The notes beneath the pieces were generated by a model. That model was not told where the DNA came from. It ran no database searches and was given only the letters and a program-made list of their open reading frames with translations. A stretch of 64,000 nucleotides of DNA from Haliotis rufescens (lineage: Eukaryota). Position numbers and translations under genes: made by a program. The DNA is taken from the NCBI RefSeq assembly GCF_023055435.1, contig NW_025963857.1:30814001-30878000 (forward strand). The letters are read 5' to 3'. Shown piece after piece: positions 13,901-26,940 of this stretch (within the stretch, counting starts at the first letter, position 1; each line of letters opens with the position of its first letter).

Positions 13901-16900
13901 TATTTTGACAATATGAGTGACATTGATTATTAAGTTAGAATTGGAAATAAAGACATTTAGAATTATAGTTCTTAGAAGATATTCTTAGCACCTTGAACAT
14001 GATTAATCAAACCAGACATCGTAACTGGTATCATTTTACACTTGCTAGAAATTTAAAGTTCGTGATTTTCTTATTTCCAATATGGATCTCATTTGACAGG
14101 GAATGGTTCTCAGCTAGTAACCTTGGTAACATGTTATCATCTAGCTGAAATGAATGACAATTTAATTTCTGGTGTTACATTATTACAAAAGTCAGTCTGG
14201 TTAACCAAATAGCAATATTTGTTTCTGTGCTATTTTGACTAATTTCATTTGCTAACCTACTAACTTGGCTGCACGTCCCCTCTACACTGCACTCTGGTTA
14301 AGTTAATAACTCACTTTCACATTCCAGGCCTTTGACAAGCTTAAGACATCAAATGTCTGTTTTTATTCTGCTTGTTTGTGACCACATCCTGCTCTAAAAA
14401 CTGATATTTTACCTTAATTCTGATTTTTGAAAAAACTTTTTAACACTATCTGTTAATGCTTTGTTTAAAATGAATTTTTGGTCATTGAAGTAGGGGTTTA
14501 ACATATGAGAGTACATTTTGTGTTCAACACCATTTAAGTTTTTAGTGATTAATACATTTTCAATCATGTAGCTGGTAGCAGGGTTATAAATAAGAGCACC
14601 AACTGTTAGTGAATAACTGAATGACATTTATGCAAAAGTGATCCTGCCCTCTTTGTACCCAGCTCTAATGAGAACTGTGAATGTGTCTTTCATTGTGGTA
14701 TGACATACAGTAGAATCAGGATAGTTTCCTTCTTTACAGCTCCTGAGTAATGATACATCTCTTGTAAAAATAAAGTTGTAATGGTTCTCAAGGTTATTTT
14801 TCTGAGTAAATTGGTAGGTTCCACTGTGTATGCCAGAAGTGATTATTTTCAACTGGTTGTTTGTGAATATTGCAATTCTTTGAGTTACGGATGTTGGTTG
14901 TGACAGATATGTGACCATATAGTTATCACTTGCCTTAACACTCTATACCTATTTTGCCATTGACATCGTATGGTGGTTGTGAGTTCACATGTTGATGCTC
15001 AACATGCAGAGACGGAATCTAGAACTTCCAAGCTAGGGAACTGCATCTTTATGATGGAACAATATTGTGATACAGTGCAGTGGTGCCACACTGATTAATA
15101 TACTTATTTGGATGGTTTTGTATACAGTCAGTGCCCATGCTCACAACTGAAACACATCGTGCAAGCATTAAATATTCAACTTTGGTGTATTGTGGTATTT
15201 GGGGCTCGCATCTCACTGTCCAGTAGTCATGTACCAAGTTGTTTTATCTTCAAGGGACCATGGAGTTAGTTTTATTTTGTATGTAGATAATTTAGTCTTT
15301 GTTACCAAGTTTGCCTACATGCTGACACTACGTTCATTTTATTCAGGTATTGTTATAGATTGGTTGTCGCCTAAGTCACTTGGTGTCTTCATGTTGAAGG
15401 GTACATTTATATATAGATTGGCCATGAATACTTCATTGCCGCTGTCGTTGTGGTGCCGATGCAGTACAGAGTAATAATCAGTGGTTTACGGTCCACTCAG
15501 AACCAAGGTAAGGGACCATATTCTGGATGGAGATATTGGTTTGAGACATACAGTTTTCTCTCTGAATGCTTTATGGTTTGTTTTGTTTTTTCTCAGACAT
15601 GAGCCAGAAACGTTTAAAATCTTTTTGTATAACTTCAGAAAAAATTATCTTTTTCCATTTTTTTAAAAGGTAACAGATTGTTCTTTTCAAAGAAAAATCA
15701 TCAAGCCCCAGAATATCAAATGGTCAGCCCTAAGACCTCAATTATTAATTACATTATATAACAGTTATTTTCAGATTGTTAAATGCCTACTGCCAGGATC
15801 GATGTTGCTCTGTCCTCCCCAGTGGTTAAATGAAAAGAATTGTTTGGTTCTTGGTGGAACAGTTGGGTAGATCAGTCACTGTTAACAAAATGTAGAAGTT
15901 AAATGGATGTCAAATCTTAAAGACAGGTTATCCACGGATGTTTCTATCTCAAGTGCCTAATAATAATATGTTATGGAGGCAAGGAACCAAGCAGTTTATT
16001 TGTGTCAGACCTCAGCATATTTATCAATGGCGCTTTGGAATATCTTCAAATTAACATATTGTCGCCTGTTGCTACCAGTGTTGATGCATGGTATACAACT
16101 AGTGTCTGTTGACCTTGACCTTAGTTTACACAACTTTGACCTTTATTGATGCAAGTCCGGTTCTGTATATATTTGTCAAAATCAAAACCCACTTCGTCAT
16201 TGGGACAAGCGCTACAATATTTGCCATTCCTTGTTTCCTGTATCTTCCTGTCTGTTGTATCTTTGTTACCTTTGCTATCCTAGAGCCAGCGACTACTTCA
16301 ACATTTCAACCTTAATCTCTTTCTCTGCCCAGCTTGAAAGCACACAACTTCATTTTCTTTCAGACCTATTTTTAAAAAAAAATCATTATGAACTTCGCTG
16401 TTTGATGTGTATATTATCTTACTGATTTAAGCTTGAATCAAAACATTAGCTGTCCTTATTGTATTTGATAGTGGTATTTTTATAACCATACAATATTCAA
16501 TTTATTGTCATATGATAACTGCATATATTCCCCCTTGTTAATTACAGCCAGTGTATCACACTTTCCATGTATCATTGAATAAGGACATTGTATCACAGGA
16601 TATGCTTGTCCAATGCTCAGTTGATTTGAGCTCAAAGGTTGTGAAGTATGTCTGTATATATGGTAACTTAAAAAGACAAGTACATTTTAGTCTGTTAACC
16701 TTTTTTTTAATTATGATGGTTTGAAACCATTCTGCTTATTTTTAAGATGAAAAGACCTGAATTGTTAATCATTCCATCTTTATTTCAGGTGACTTTTTGC
16801 ATGTGTAATGTTTATATGCAGGGAGATTTTTTATCCATATTTGTACATAGGATATTTACTACATGAGGTACTGATAGCCTGTAAGTACGCAGAGTAACTG

Positions 16901-16950
16901 TAGACACAACCTGACAACAATGAATAAAATAATAACTGATATGCTTGTCT
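10962..16950 (+). other. Probable long Par-6 3' UTR with several candidate poly(A) signals
   Basis: AT-rich, CpG-poor, non-coding. AATAAA at 13084, 13946 and 16923; the last is followed by a GU/U-rich tract, and the CpG depletion ends there. Confidence 0.5.
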
Positions 16951-16967
16951 GTTTCATTCTTTCAAAA

Positions 16968-17320
16968 GGTCTGCCTCGGTCATTTAGTGGTAGAGCGTCC
17001 TCCCGGAGAGAGGAAGGTTCGGAGGTTTGATCCCCGGCCGTGTCATACCAAAAGACGTTAAGAAATGGTTTATTTTTGTTACTCTGTCTGGCGCTCGGCA
17101 CTGAGGGGCAAAAGCAAGGACTGGTCAGCTCGGAGTCAGTATACTGTGTATGAGTGGGGTATTCATGTTAAACTTGCAGCATGGTATCTCAGTGGGCTAG
17201 CACTATAAATCGGCACCAGTCCGGTCTAGTACAAGCAGCCACACACACACACGTGCATGCACGTTGCTATATAAGTGCAATAATCTTGGACGCGACGTTA
17301 AACCCCATTTCACCTCACAT
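16968..17320 (+). mobile_element. tRNA-derived SINE, family D (Meta/MESC-domain-like)
   Basis: tRNA head followed by gtcataccaaaagac..aaatggt..ctgtctggcgctcggcactgaggg, which resembles the Meta domain; tail gcgacgttaaacccc. Confidence 0.7.
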
Positions 17321-17812
17321 CACCTTAATGGTGCCCGAATCTATATGGGACTAATTGTGACTCAAATCTAAGATTCAGCCTGATTATGAAGTGGGTCAGA
17401 ACTAGGAATTGCCTGTATCCTGTTTCACTTCTACCAAGTTAGCTTGACACAACTTGATTTACTTATATTAAAAATGCAATTCCGGTAATGACCATAGTTA
17501 ATTTCATAAACAGGACTAGGTCAGTGCTCAAAGGTGATATTGCCGAAATAATACTGTTGCGCTTTTAATGATGACTAATAAATAATTGAAATTATTTTCA
17601 AATCCGTTTTGAGCCCAACTCAAACACAAACTTGAAGGGAACTTCGAGGGGATTCTGGGTTAACATTGGCCTCCAGCAACCTATGCTTTCCGTATGAGGC
17701 GACATGATGGATCGGGTGGTCAGGCTCGGTGACCTGGATCATGCATGATATTAATCGCTTGCATATGGTCCTTGTGTCTGTTGAGGGGATGGCGTTTGTC
17801 TACACTGAAACA

Positions 17813-18069
17813 GACCCGTGAAGATCCAGGGTAGAATAAGTTTCCAGCAACCCATGCTTGTCGTAAAATGCGACTGTGCTTGTAAGAGGAGACCAACGTG
17901 GGGTGGTCTGGCTCGCTGACTTGGTTGATGCATGTCATCGTACCCCAGTTGTGTAGATCGATGGTCTTGGTGTCAATCACTGGATTGTCTTGTCTAGACT
18001 CGATTATTTTACAGACTGGGATATTGCTGGGTGCATTGTTAAACAACAAACAAACAAACAAACAAAACA
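17813..18069 (+). mobile_element. SINE-like retroposon, family C (no tRNA head, (AAAC)n tail)
   Basis: gacccgtgaagatcc...gcttgtcgtaa.aggcgactaacgggatcgggtggtc...gctggaatattgctgagtgcggcgttaaac; more than 10 copies in the window. Confidence 0.85.
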
Positions 18070-18182
18070 TTAAATCAACAGGCACATATCCCGTGTAGCT
18101 ATAAAGTGAATCACCTCACTATATTTTAACTGCCCTCTCGCCGTATCCCTTGTCTGCATTGAAACACGCATATATCAAACTA

Positions 18183-19015
18183 TACTCTTCAAAAAAAGAA
18201 ACTTAACAGATGTATAACCACCATTCTCAAAATATCAAAAATCATTAAATGAAATGTGTGTGTGTGTGGGGGGGGGGGGGGGGGGGGCAGTCGTCGTGAT
18301 TGGCTGTGCAGAGTTGCGTCCCTTGACAATGCCAACTGTGTGCAGCAGGTTGTCCCATTTGGCGGCGGGAGTGTCATGGTATGGGCCGGAATTCATCACG
18401 GTGGTAGGACGCCTCTTGTGCATGTGGCAGGTACATTGACAGGCGTGCGTTACAGAGACATGATCCTACAGCCTTACGTTCTGCCTCACTTCAACGTTCA
18501 CGGTGGGCAATTCCAGCAAAACAACGCTCGACCGCATATTGCACGTGTTTGTCAGGACTTTCTACAGCGCAACAACATCCAGACATTACCTTGGCCAGCG
18601 CGGTCACCAGATTTGTCCCCGATTGAGCATCTGTGGTACGAGTTGGATCGACGCGTGCACAGAAGGACTCCACCACCCAAAACACTTCCGACGCTTCTTG
18701 TGGCACTTAGAGCATGAATGGCAGCACATTCCAAAGCGTGTTATTGACAACTTGATTGCATCTATTGGTCGTCGGTGTCAAGCGGTAATTGATGCACGTG
18801 GTGGTCACAACCGATACTGACATTTCCTATACCCTAGTGACATTAACTCTATTGTGTACGTGTGTCTGTCTGTGTGACACGATTAATGTTTTGAACATTG
18901 TGTACATTGATCCTCAAACGGTGTTTCAATTATGGTTTCTGTGTCCTAATTTTAAACATTGTGTTTATTTTAAATTTTGAAAGACGGTGTCAAGTTTCTT
19001 TTTTTTTGAAGAGTA
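18183..19015 (+). mobile_element. Internally deleted Tc1 element carrying a transposase DDE-domain remnant
   Basis: TIR tactcttcaaaaaaagaaactt with TA TSDs; GGGSVMVWAGI..FQQNNARPH..WPARSPDLSPIEHLW..GGHNRY; catalytic D>N change and a frameshift. Confidence 0.92.
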
Positions 19016-19091
19016 TATATCCCTTGTGTTCTTAGTGTACCTTGACAGGAAATTGCGAAATGGTCGTTCTATTTTGAGCACGTTAAGTACT

Positions 19092-20979
19092 TACCGTATT
19101 CGACGTAATAAGCGCCCCACTCTAATAAGCGCCCACGGCGATATTTGTTAATATATTGGCTAGTGAACAATCCCAATTGGCACCCCTTCCGACTGATCAA
19201 TGTACACAAGACTTATTTATTCGTGTATAATACGCACTCGTGTGTTATATGCACCCTTAATTATGGGCAATTAAATTCTGGAAAATATACTGAACAATTA
19301 AAGTTCCTGTGACATTGAATACGATTTAATGCAAAGTTATGTTTTTTACCAAATCTGAAACAATTTCGGTTTGCAACAGATAAAAGACTCCTGTAGTGGT
19401 TCAAATGGTTTAATTTGCCATACTGACTTCAGAAAATGCGTGATTTCATAAAAAAAACATGAACATGCCAAAATGTCAATTTACAAATCAATAGCGTGTG
19501 TGTCCACCACTGGATGCGATGCAAGCAACACATCTTCGTCTCATGGAATGGACCAGGCGTCGCACAAAGTCCTGTGGGATATCTGTCCAAATCTGCTGGA
19601 GCATGTTTCAAAGTTCATGGAGTGTCTGTTGAACACGAGGTTGACGTCGAAGGCGCCGATCCATCTCATGTGCTCGATTGGTGAGAGATCAGGGGAACGA
19701 GCCGGCCAGGGTATGACATTCACTTTGTTTTGTTGAAGAGAATCCTGAACAAGTGGAGCAATTAAGGCCGGGCGTTGTCATGTTGAAAGGTAATGCCTGG
19801 GCCATGACGACGCAAAAACGGTAGAACAACAGGGCCGATGATCTCGTCGCGGTAGCGCTGTCCATTGAGATTTCCCTCTACCACTATTAAACGGGTCCTC
19901 TGTCTTGCTGTTATCCCACCCAATACCATAACGCTTCCGCCCCCGAACCGATCTTCTTCCATGACACAATGATTGACGTAACGTTCACCTCGACGTCGGT
20001 ACACTCGAATCCGTCCATCGCTGTGACTGAGGTGAAAACGAGACTCGCCAGTGAATAGAACTTGTCCCCACTGCATGGCCATCCAGCGTAGACGCTGTCT
20101 GCACCACTATAGACATTGCTTGACGGTGGTTTCCTGTCAAAATGTGACGTCTGGCGGGTCTTCTGGCGACAATCCCTGCACATCTGAGGCGACGACGTAC
20201 GGTTTGTGAAGATATTCGTCGAAGGCCAGGGATGCTTCTTGCAGTCACTGTTGCTGGCTGGAATCGATTTCGAAGGGGTTTTGTTCGAATCCAGTTGTCT
20301 TGTCGATTATTGGTTACGCGTGGCCTGCCACTCCGAGGATGTTCTCTGACTGCATTCGTCTGTTGCCAACGTTGCCATAAACATCAAATGGTGTTTCTGT
20401 GGACGTTAAATTGTCTTGCAACATCACGTTGACTCGATCCTGCTTCAAGCATACCAATGGCTCGCAGACGCTCATTTTCGGACAGGCGTGACATTTCGTA
20501 ATGTTGAATAATTGCGTAATTTTGTTGTTTTTCTAAGTGGTTGTTGTCAGCACGATGCTAAACAATGCATCTGGAATCCCGTTAACGCACATGTTTTTAT
20601 ATCCATTCTTGGGTAGTGAAATGCATTGGACTTGCATAAAAGTCAACTTGTGCATGAAATGCATGCTTTTCTGTAGCAGTTGCGTTTTTGTGACTTGATT
20701 CCATGCATGTATTACAATATTGAAAACCAAACTTTACTTGTTTGAAAAATACACTAAAACATTGGTGTCACAGGAACTTTTGTTGGTGAGTATATATCTG
20801 TCGTGTATAACATGCACAGATTTTTTCTTTTGTATCATTTCATTCAGGCTGTCAGCAGAAACCACGAAATTTTCAATCTTTCAACTCTGTTTTTTCTCTC
20901 ACTAAAATTATATTCGAATAAGAGCCCCCTATTTCTAATTTTGAGAGGGCCCTGGGCGCTTATTACGTTGAATGCGGTA
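19092..20979. mobile_element. TACCG-ended non-autonomous DNA transposon (pogo/mariner-type ends) hosting a nested Tc1
   Basis: 26-bp TIR: taccgtattcgacgtaataagcgccc / gggcgcttattacgttgaatgcggta. Confidence 0.75.
19288..20792 (-). mobile_element. Near full-length Tc1 element with transposase pseudogene (20494-19488)
   Basis: TIR ...aaagttcctgtgaca with TA TSDs; MSRLSENERLRAIGMLEAG..VARQFNV, W.QVLFTGESRF, FQHDNARP, WPARSPDLSPIEH, GGHTRY*; stops and frameshifts. Confidence 0.93.
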
Positions 20980-22005
20980 CTTATTTTTTTCCAAACTATA
21001 TTGGCATGCTATTCAGAAGAACCAGCCATGTCAGGTGTGTTACTGTACACGGGCAATGGTGTCTTTCCCTTTTTGCATACCGGTACAATAAACTTGCTAT
21101 GGTTGATAGCATTAATATACACTTACCTTATACCCCTTGTGTAAAGTGGAAATGACCCACGGTGCAATTGTAAGTTTGTTTTTCGAAGCTCTTGATTCGG
21201 CAACATATGAACGATGAAGACATGCCAATTTGATACCACTGACAAGTGGGATACCAAGTGTGATACCACAAGCTTTCTCAGCTGGGAATCAATCACTGCT
21301 TCACACTGCTCAAATTCAGACGTTCGTCAACAACTCTTGTGATTGGTTGAAAGATGGGGATAGTGATACTGGTGACATTTGTACAAGTAATTATTCCATA
21401 CTCGATACACTGTCTATCCATAAAAGGTAAACCTCTCACGTTTTTCTTTTTGTTCACAAGGCTTGATCCTAGATCCCTCGTGGAACAAACACGGTCTATG
21501 TTGAAAGTAGATGCCATAAAGACATAAATGTATTAAGCGCAATTTCAGACTCATCATGAGGTGGCTATAGAGATACCTGGGTGCCAGCTGGACCTCAACA
21601 AAGTATTAATCAGATCAACACTATATGGTTGTGAGACCTTTCACTCGGAACACTGTCTTGGTTTGTTTTTGTTGCTGTTTTACGCCGCACTCAGCAATAT
21701 TCCAGCTAAATGACGGCTGTCTGTAAATAATCGAGTCTGGACCAGACAATCCAGTGATTGATATCATGAGCATCGATCCCCGCAATTGGGATCGATGACA
21801 TGAATAAACCACTGTCTTGAGGACGCCTTGGCAGAATACAGTACTAAGCTCTTATGCCAGCCACAGGTTTAGGTACGCCATCAGAAGCTCTAAAAGTAGA
21901 AATCTGATATCTCCCACTGAAACTAAGAAGGGAGTAGGCAGTACTCTTATCCTGGGGTCCAACAGCAAATCCTATGGATAAAAATACATGGACAAAAACG
22001 CTCGC

Positions 22006-22431
22006 CATGACGCCGAAAGCGACACCAAGCCCATGGACGATTGCAACCTGGACAAACCGCCCGGCAAGTAGCCAATGCATTTCAAGGCTACGTAAGGACC
22101 ATATACAGGCTCCAGCAGCGGTACCAGGGTCACCGCCCAATGTCAGGATCGTCAGATTGTGCGACAGCATCTTCAAGATCGCTTTGTTACTGCTGCGGAA
22201 ACTGCTCGACAGACCATGAGGACACACCAGCCGCACATTAATGCGGACACCGTGCGTTGACGATTGACGAGCAGACACCTCCACTGTCACAGGCCACACC
22301 GAGGACCCATTCTGACACCACGTCATCGCCGGGACCGTCTTCAGCGGGCAACACAGCACCAGCATTGGTGACACCAGCAGTAGTGGAGAAGGGTCCTCTT
22401 CTCAGACGAGAACCGTTACTGTATCTCAACA

Positions 22432-22477
<46 letters not shown>

Positions 22478-23113
22478 CGTGGTGTGGTTCGGGCATCATG
22501 GTGTGGGGTGGAATTGGTCTTGCACAGAAGGTCGACCCTGTGGTCTTCAAGAACATCGGTCCAGGGAGAGACAATGGTGTCACAGCAGCTCGGACCATTG
22601 ATCAAGTCTCGAGACCATACGCCATACCTCATTTGGCACGTCACCGCAACCACGAGTTTCAGCATGATAACGCCCGTGCCCACACTGCGAGAGCAACAAG
22701 AGACTTCCTCCAGCAGAATGGCATCAGAACCATGCAGTGGCCTGCCCTCAGTCCCGATTAAAATCCCATTGAGCACATGTGGGACGAGATTCAAAGACGG
22801 CTGAAAGACGTCCGACCAAGGCCGACAACTGCAGCTGAACTGCGTCAGGCGTTCCTCAGAAATGTGGGCTCAAGTGTCTTTGGCCTTCATCAACCGCCTC
22901 ATCCATTCCCTGTATCGACATTGCACGGCAGTCATCAATGCACATGGCGGAGACACGAGATACTGACCTGTGATGCCATTTTCCCAGAGACTAGATGATC
23001 AGTTTTGCCAAGTTTCATCTTTTTAATATGTCTCAAAGTATGTTTACAGTGTTTGGACATAAAACGTTTCTCATATATCTATCCATGGTGACGTTTCTTT
23101 TGCGGTTCAGTAT
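22006..23113 (+). mobile_element. 5'-truncated, decayed Tc1 element
   Basis: HTH remnant (GQTARQVANAF), MVWGGI, FQHDNARAH, WPALSPD*NPIEHMWD, GGDTRY* ending at 22966; only the right TIR is visible. Confidence 0.88.
22434..22472 (+). repeat. (GA)n microsatellite inside the Tc1 remnant
   Basis: Seen directly. Confidence 0.9.
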
Positions 23114-23534
23114 ATTTGTGCCAGTATGTACCACCAATGGTATATTTAGCCTTACTATTGGGATAAAGGATGCTCCTCACTGCACCATGTTAGCTGCATC
23201 ACAGCTTCTCCGATGGTAGGAGAAAAGCTCAAGATGAGGCAGGTCGCATAGACAGTTCGATGAAAATCATGGGCAGGAATATTGAGCTGACACGAGGATC
23301 AAAACCTTGGTATCTTTGAATCGAACCCACATTCAGGGGATCCTAGAAAGTCACAATAGACAGCCACACAATAGACAGCATTACTGGACCGCAAAAAGTG
23401 GATCGCTGGGGTGCCCTTGGATCCGATGGTTTGTTTACAGAAACACTCACACAGCGAAAACCTTCATCGCAACGTATTGGCATCGTTAATCAATAGTGTA
23501 TTAAGCCCCGTGAAGATCCGTGTTAGAATTGGTA

Positions 23535-24853
23535 TATAAATTGGGCGGCAAAAGAAAGTATAGGTCGAGTTTCATGATCGATAAATAACAAAAAGAGGTT
23601 TTGTTGTGAATTATAATATAATCTAGGGAGGGGTAACAAATGATTGATCAACCACAGTTTGAATGAAATTGTGCAGTCACAGGTAATGTAAGCTCAAGGA
23701 AAACAATGGTGGGGTAAGAAATTTCATTTTCAAAAGTTGCCTGAAATGTCACCAAAAAATTGTCAGACACACTACAAGTTCATTGTCGACACAGTTGCCT
23801 TCAATAGGGTTTATGACCTCCAGCTGCCTCAATGCCTGCTGTGATACGCCACCTCATCGATGACGTCAGTCTTCTGATTACGTGGACTGGAATCCGTTGC
23901 CACTCGTCTTTCAGGTCCTGCTGCATCTTGTCTGTTGGCGGGAGGCTGATGGCGTGCTCTAATCTGTCTGTGAAGATCGTCCCACAGATGTTCAATAGGA
24001 TTCATATCGTGTGAGTGGGCAGGCCAGGTTAAAACGTCAACGTTCTGCTGGTTTTGAAAGTTCCGAGTTAGTCTTGCAGTATGGGGCCTGGCATTGTGCT
24101 GAAACAATGTCCCCTGCTGTTGGTTTTGTAAGAACGGAAGCACAACTGGCTGCAACACTTGGTCTCTGTACTGCACAGCGTTCAGGTTTCCCTGTTTAAT
24201 CACCAAATCAGTCTTCTGATCTCCACAAATACCGCCCCACACCATAACACCTCCCCCGCCGAATGGATGGACCTCTCGAATACACGCCAGAGCCAAACGT
24301 TCCCCTCTGCGTCGATAAACTCGTTCTCTGTCGTCATTTCGAAACAAGTTAAACCGACTTTCATCAGTGAACAGCACTTGACGCCAATTTCTCACTTGCC
24401 AGCGTCGAACCTGCCTCGCCCATCGGGTGGCCCAGTCGTCAAAGGCGCCGCGATTCGCTGTGCAGGATTGCGTCCCTTGGGCACGCCAGAAACCTATGAT
24501 TGTGGGTTCGAATTCCGGTTCGCCCCAATCATGTTTCTAGGTTTGTCAGCACCATACCCGTGCTCGTGGGTTTCACCGAAGTGGTAAACGTCTGAGACCT
24601 GCATCACTTTGGGCATTCCTCCCACATTAAGCTGACACGCCGCGATATGACTGGAATACTGTTAAAAGCGGCGTTAAACACAACTCACTCACTCACTCAC
24701 GAGCGCCGTCAAAGGTGGCGCTTTTGGGTGAGGTGTTTTTTGTACCTGTTCCTGGGCAGTCATATTCCCAATACCCACTTTCCCCTAGATATCGCTGTCT
24801 TTAGGAAAATTACAAATTGCCAATCTATACTTTCTTTTGCCGCTTAGTTTATA
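23535..24853 (-). mobile_element. Internally deleted Tc1 element; transposase remnant at 24420-23801
   Basis: TIR ...gcggcaaaagaaagtatag at both ends with TA TSDs; WRQVLFTDESRF..GGGGVMVWGGI..WPAHSHDMNPIEHLW. Confidence 0.92.
24421..24700 (+). mobile_element. Family B SINE nested in the Tc1 element
   Basis: Highly similar to 8427-8703. Confidence 0.88.
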
Positions 24854-25019
24854 TACAGCACCCCATGCTTGTCGTAAAAGGCGACTGTGCTTGTCGCAAG
24901 AAGCAACTAACGAGATCGGGTGATATCAATCACTGGATTTTCTGGTCAGGGATTGATTATTTACACACAGCTGGAATATTGCTGAGCGCGTCGTTAAACA
25001 ACTTATATACAAAATATAA

Positions 25020-25258
25020 GACCCGTGCCGTAAAAGGTGACTATGCTTGTCGTAAAAGGCGACTAACGGGATCGGGTGGTCAGGCTCGCTGACTTGGTTG
25101 ATGCATGTCATCGATCCTAATTGCGTGGATCGATGCTCATGATGTCAATTACTGGATTGTCTGGTCCAGACTCGATTATTTACAGACCGCCGTCATATGG
25201 CTGGAATATTGCTGAGTGCGGCGTTAAACAACAAACCAACCAACCAACCAACCAACAA
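25020..25258 (+). mobile_element. Family C SINE
   Basis: Matches the family C body with an (AACC)n tail. Confidence 0.85.
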
Positions 25259-25696
25259 AATATAAATTTACATGTATGTTTGTATTTTGGATGCAAGGTC
25301 GTTATACTTGCCTATACCTTGCCTTGTATACCTTGGTGACTTCAAGTACCACATACTTGGTAGATATTCTGTTAAAAGCTAGCTTAGTATATTTGCAATA
25401 TTTAGTATAGTCAATATCTCATTGTCATATAGTCAATAATATAGAGAGAAACAATTGATATATTTACCGGATACTCACAGATGTGACCCATCTCTCTCTC
25501 ACTCTACCACTAGTTATACCTGTTATAAAGTCAGGTATTAAACAAAGCACCAGATGATGACCACAAATACACAGATGTAGATTAATACCACGAAGAAGGG
25601 ATAACAAGGGCATAGCGATTGCAATTCACTAAAATATGTTTTGAACTGAACTTTGTAACACCTATTTGTTATATCCTTAAGTGTACGCAGTTGTGC

Positions 25697-25719
25697 ATAC
25701 ACATTTAGATAAATATATA

Positions 25720-25776
<57 letters not shown>

Positions 25777-25788
25777 CTAAATGTGTAT
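25697..25788. repeat. (TA)n microsatellite inside a near-perfect palindrome
   Basis: atacacatttagataaat ... atttatctaaatgtgtat flank the TA tract. Confidence 0.9.
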
Positions 25789-26940
25789 CTATATCTATAT
25801 ATATGTTGTAAAAATCAATCTGCGCCAGAAGTAAGTTTACAATAGCCAAAACTTGAATTTCATTTTACGACAACGAAGCTGTCACGTGGCATGTATATTT
25901 TTAATATTATTGGTCTAACAAAATGGACATACAATTTCTATTTCCATTGGAAACGACGTCACTGACAAAGTGAAAGGCACTACTTTGGATATATGTATAA
26001 AGGGATCAGATAAGTATGATGTAGTGAGTATATATTGATATCATTAGAGATTTCAGCCATGTTGGCGGCCAGCTTGGATTTTCTACCACCGAGGGCTCTG
26101 CTGAGGTGGATCCATATCCTAAAATGTTCGGAATGGTTCAATGTGTAAGTGTGCCAAGTTTGGTACTTTTAACCCAAAGGGCACAATTTTAGCCTTAATC
26201 GCCCCACTATATGTGCAAAGTACAAATGTAGCAGAATGCTTGCCACGTTTAACCTCACAAGTGGGATATCATGGGGCGTCTGTCTGTGATGATCACGTAT
26301 CATATTTGATGGGTGTGTATTGCACCACGTGACATGCTGTTCTCGTCACCGCCCTCCGCCGTGCACTAACTCTTCAGATGACACACCGATAACTCCTTGG
26401 CGAGGGACATATGCTGATTGAAAGAAATATGAGAACACACGACAACAGTGTAGAAAGTAGTGTACTGTCACAATAGCATTTTTTCACACTGGGGGCCGAC
26501 CATTTGTCCGGTAGACTTTCCCCATATCTTCACAATCATGAGCATTTTAGCGATTGGTCGGCATTATGACGTCACATTACTTCATTGTTGAGAACAATGC
26601 TATGATGGCATTCATTGTTCCTGACATCACAGGTTGATAACATTACATCATCTGAGCATCTGGAGAATTTCGTGACGTTTCTGTGGTTGAAATTACACAC
26701 GTTTTTCTTCAATGTCTTTCTAAAGTCACAATGAGATTTTATGTAGAATAACCTACTCGGGGCTTGTATAATTAATTCACTCGGGACACATTGGCCTAAT
26801 AAGCAATTCCCAGTATTTAGTTGGGTATTCTCTAGTTTTATAAATAATTGTCTGTACATAATTGACTATACATTGAAGATAAAATGTGTAATAATTGTAT
26901 AGGTGTAGGTCAAAGGTTTATGCATTTCTCCTAGACAACG

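Noticed and set aside
19488-20494. Active or domesticated transposase
   Set aside because: All Tc1 ORFs in the window have stops, frameshifts, deletions or altered catalytic residues.
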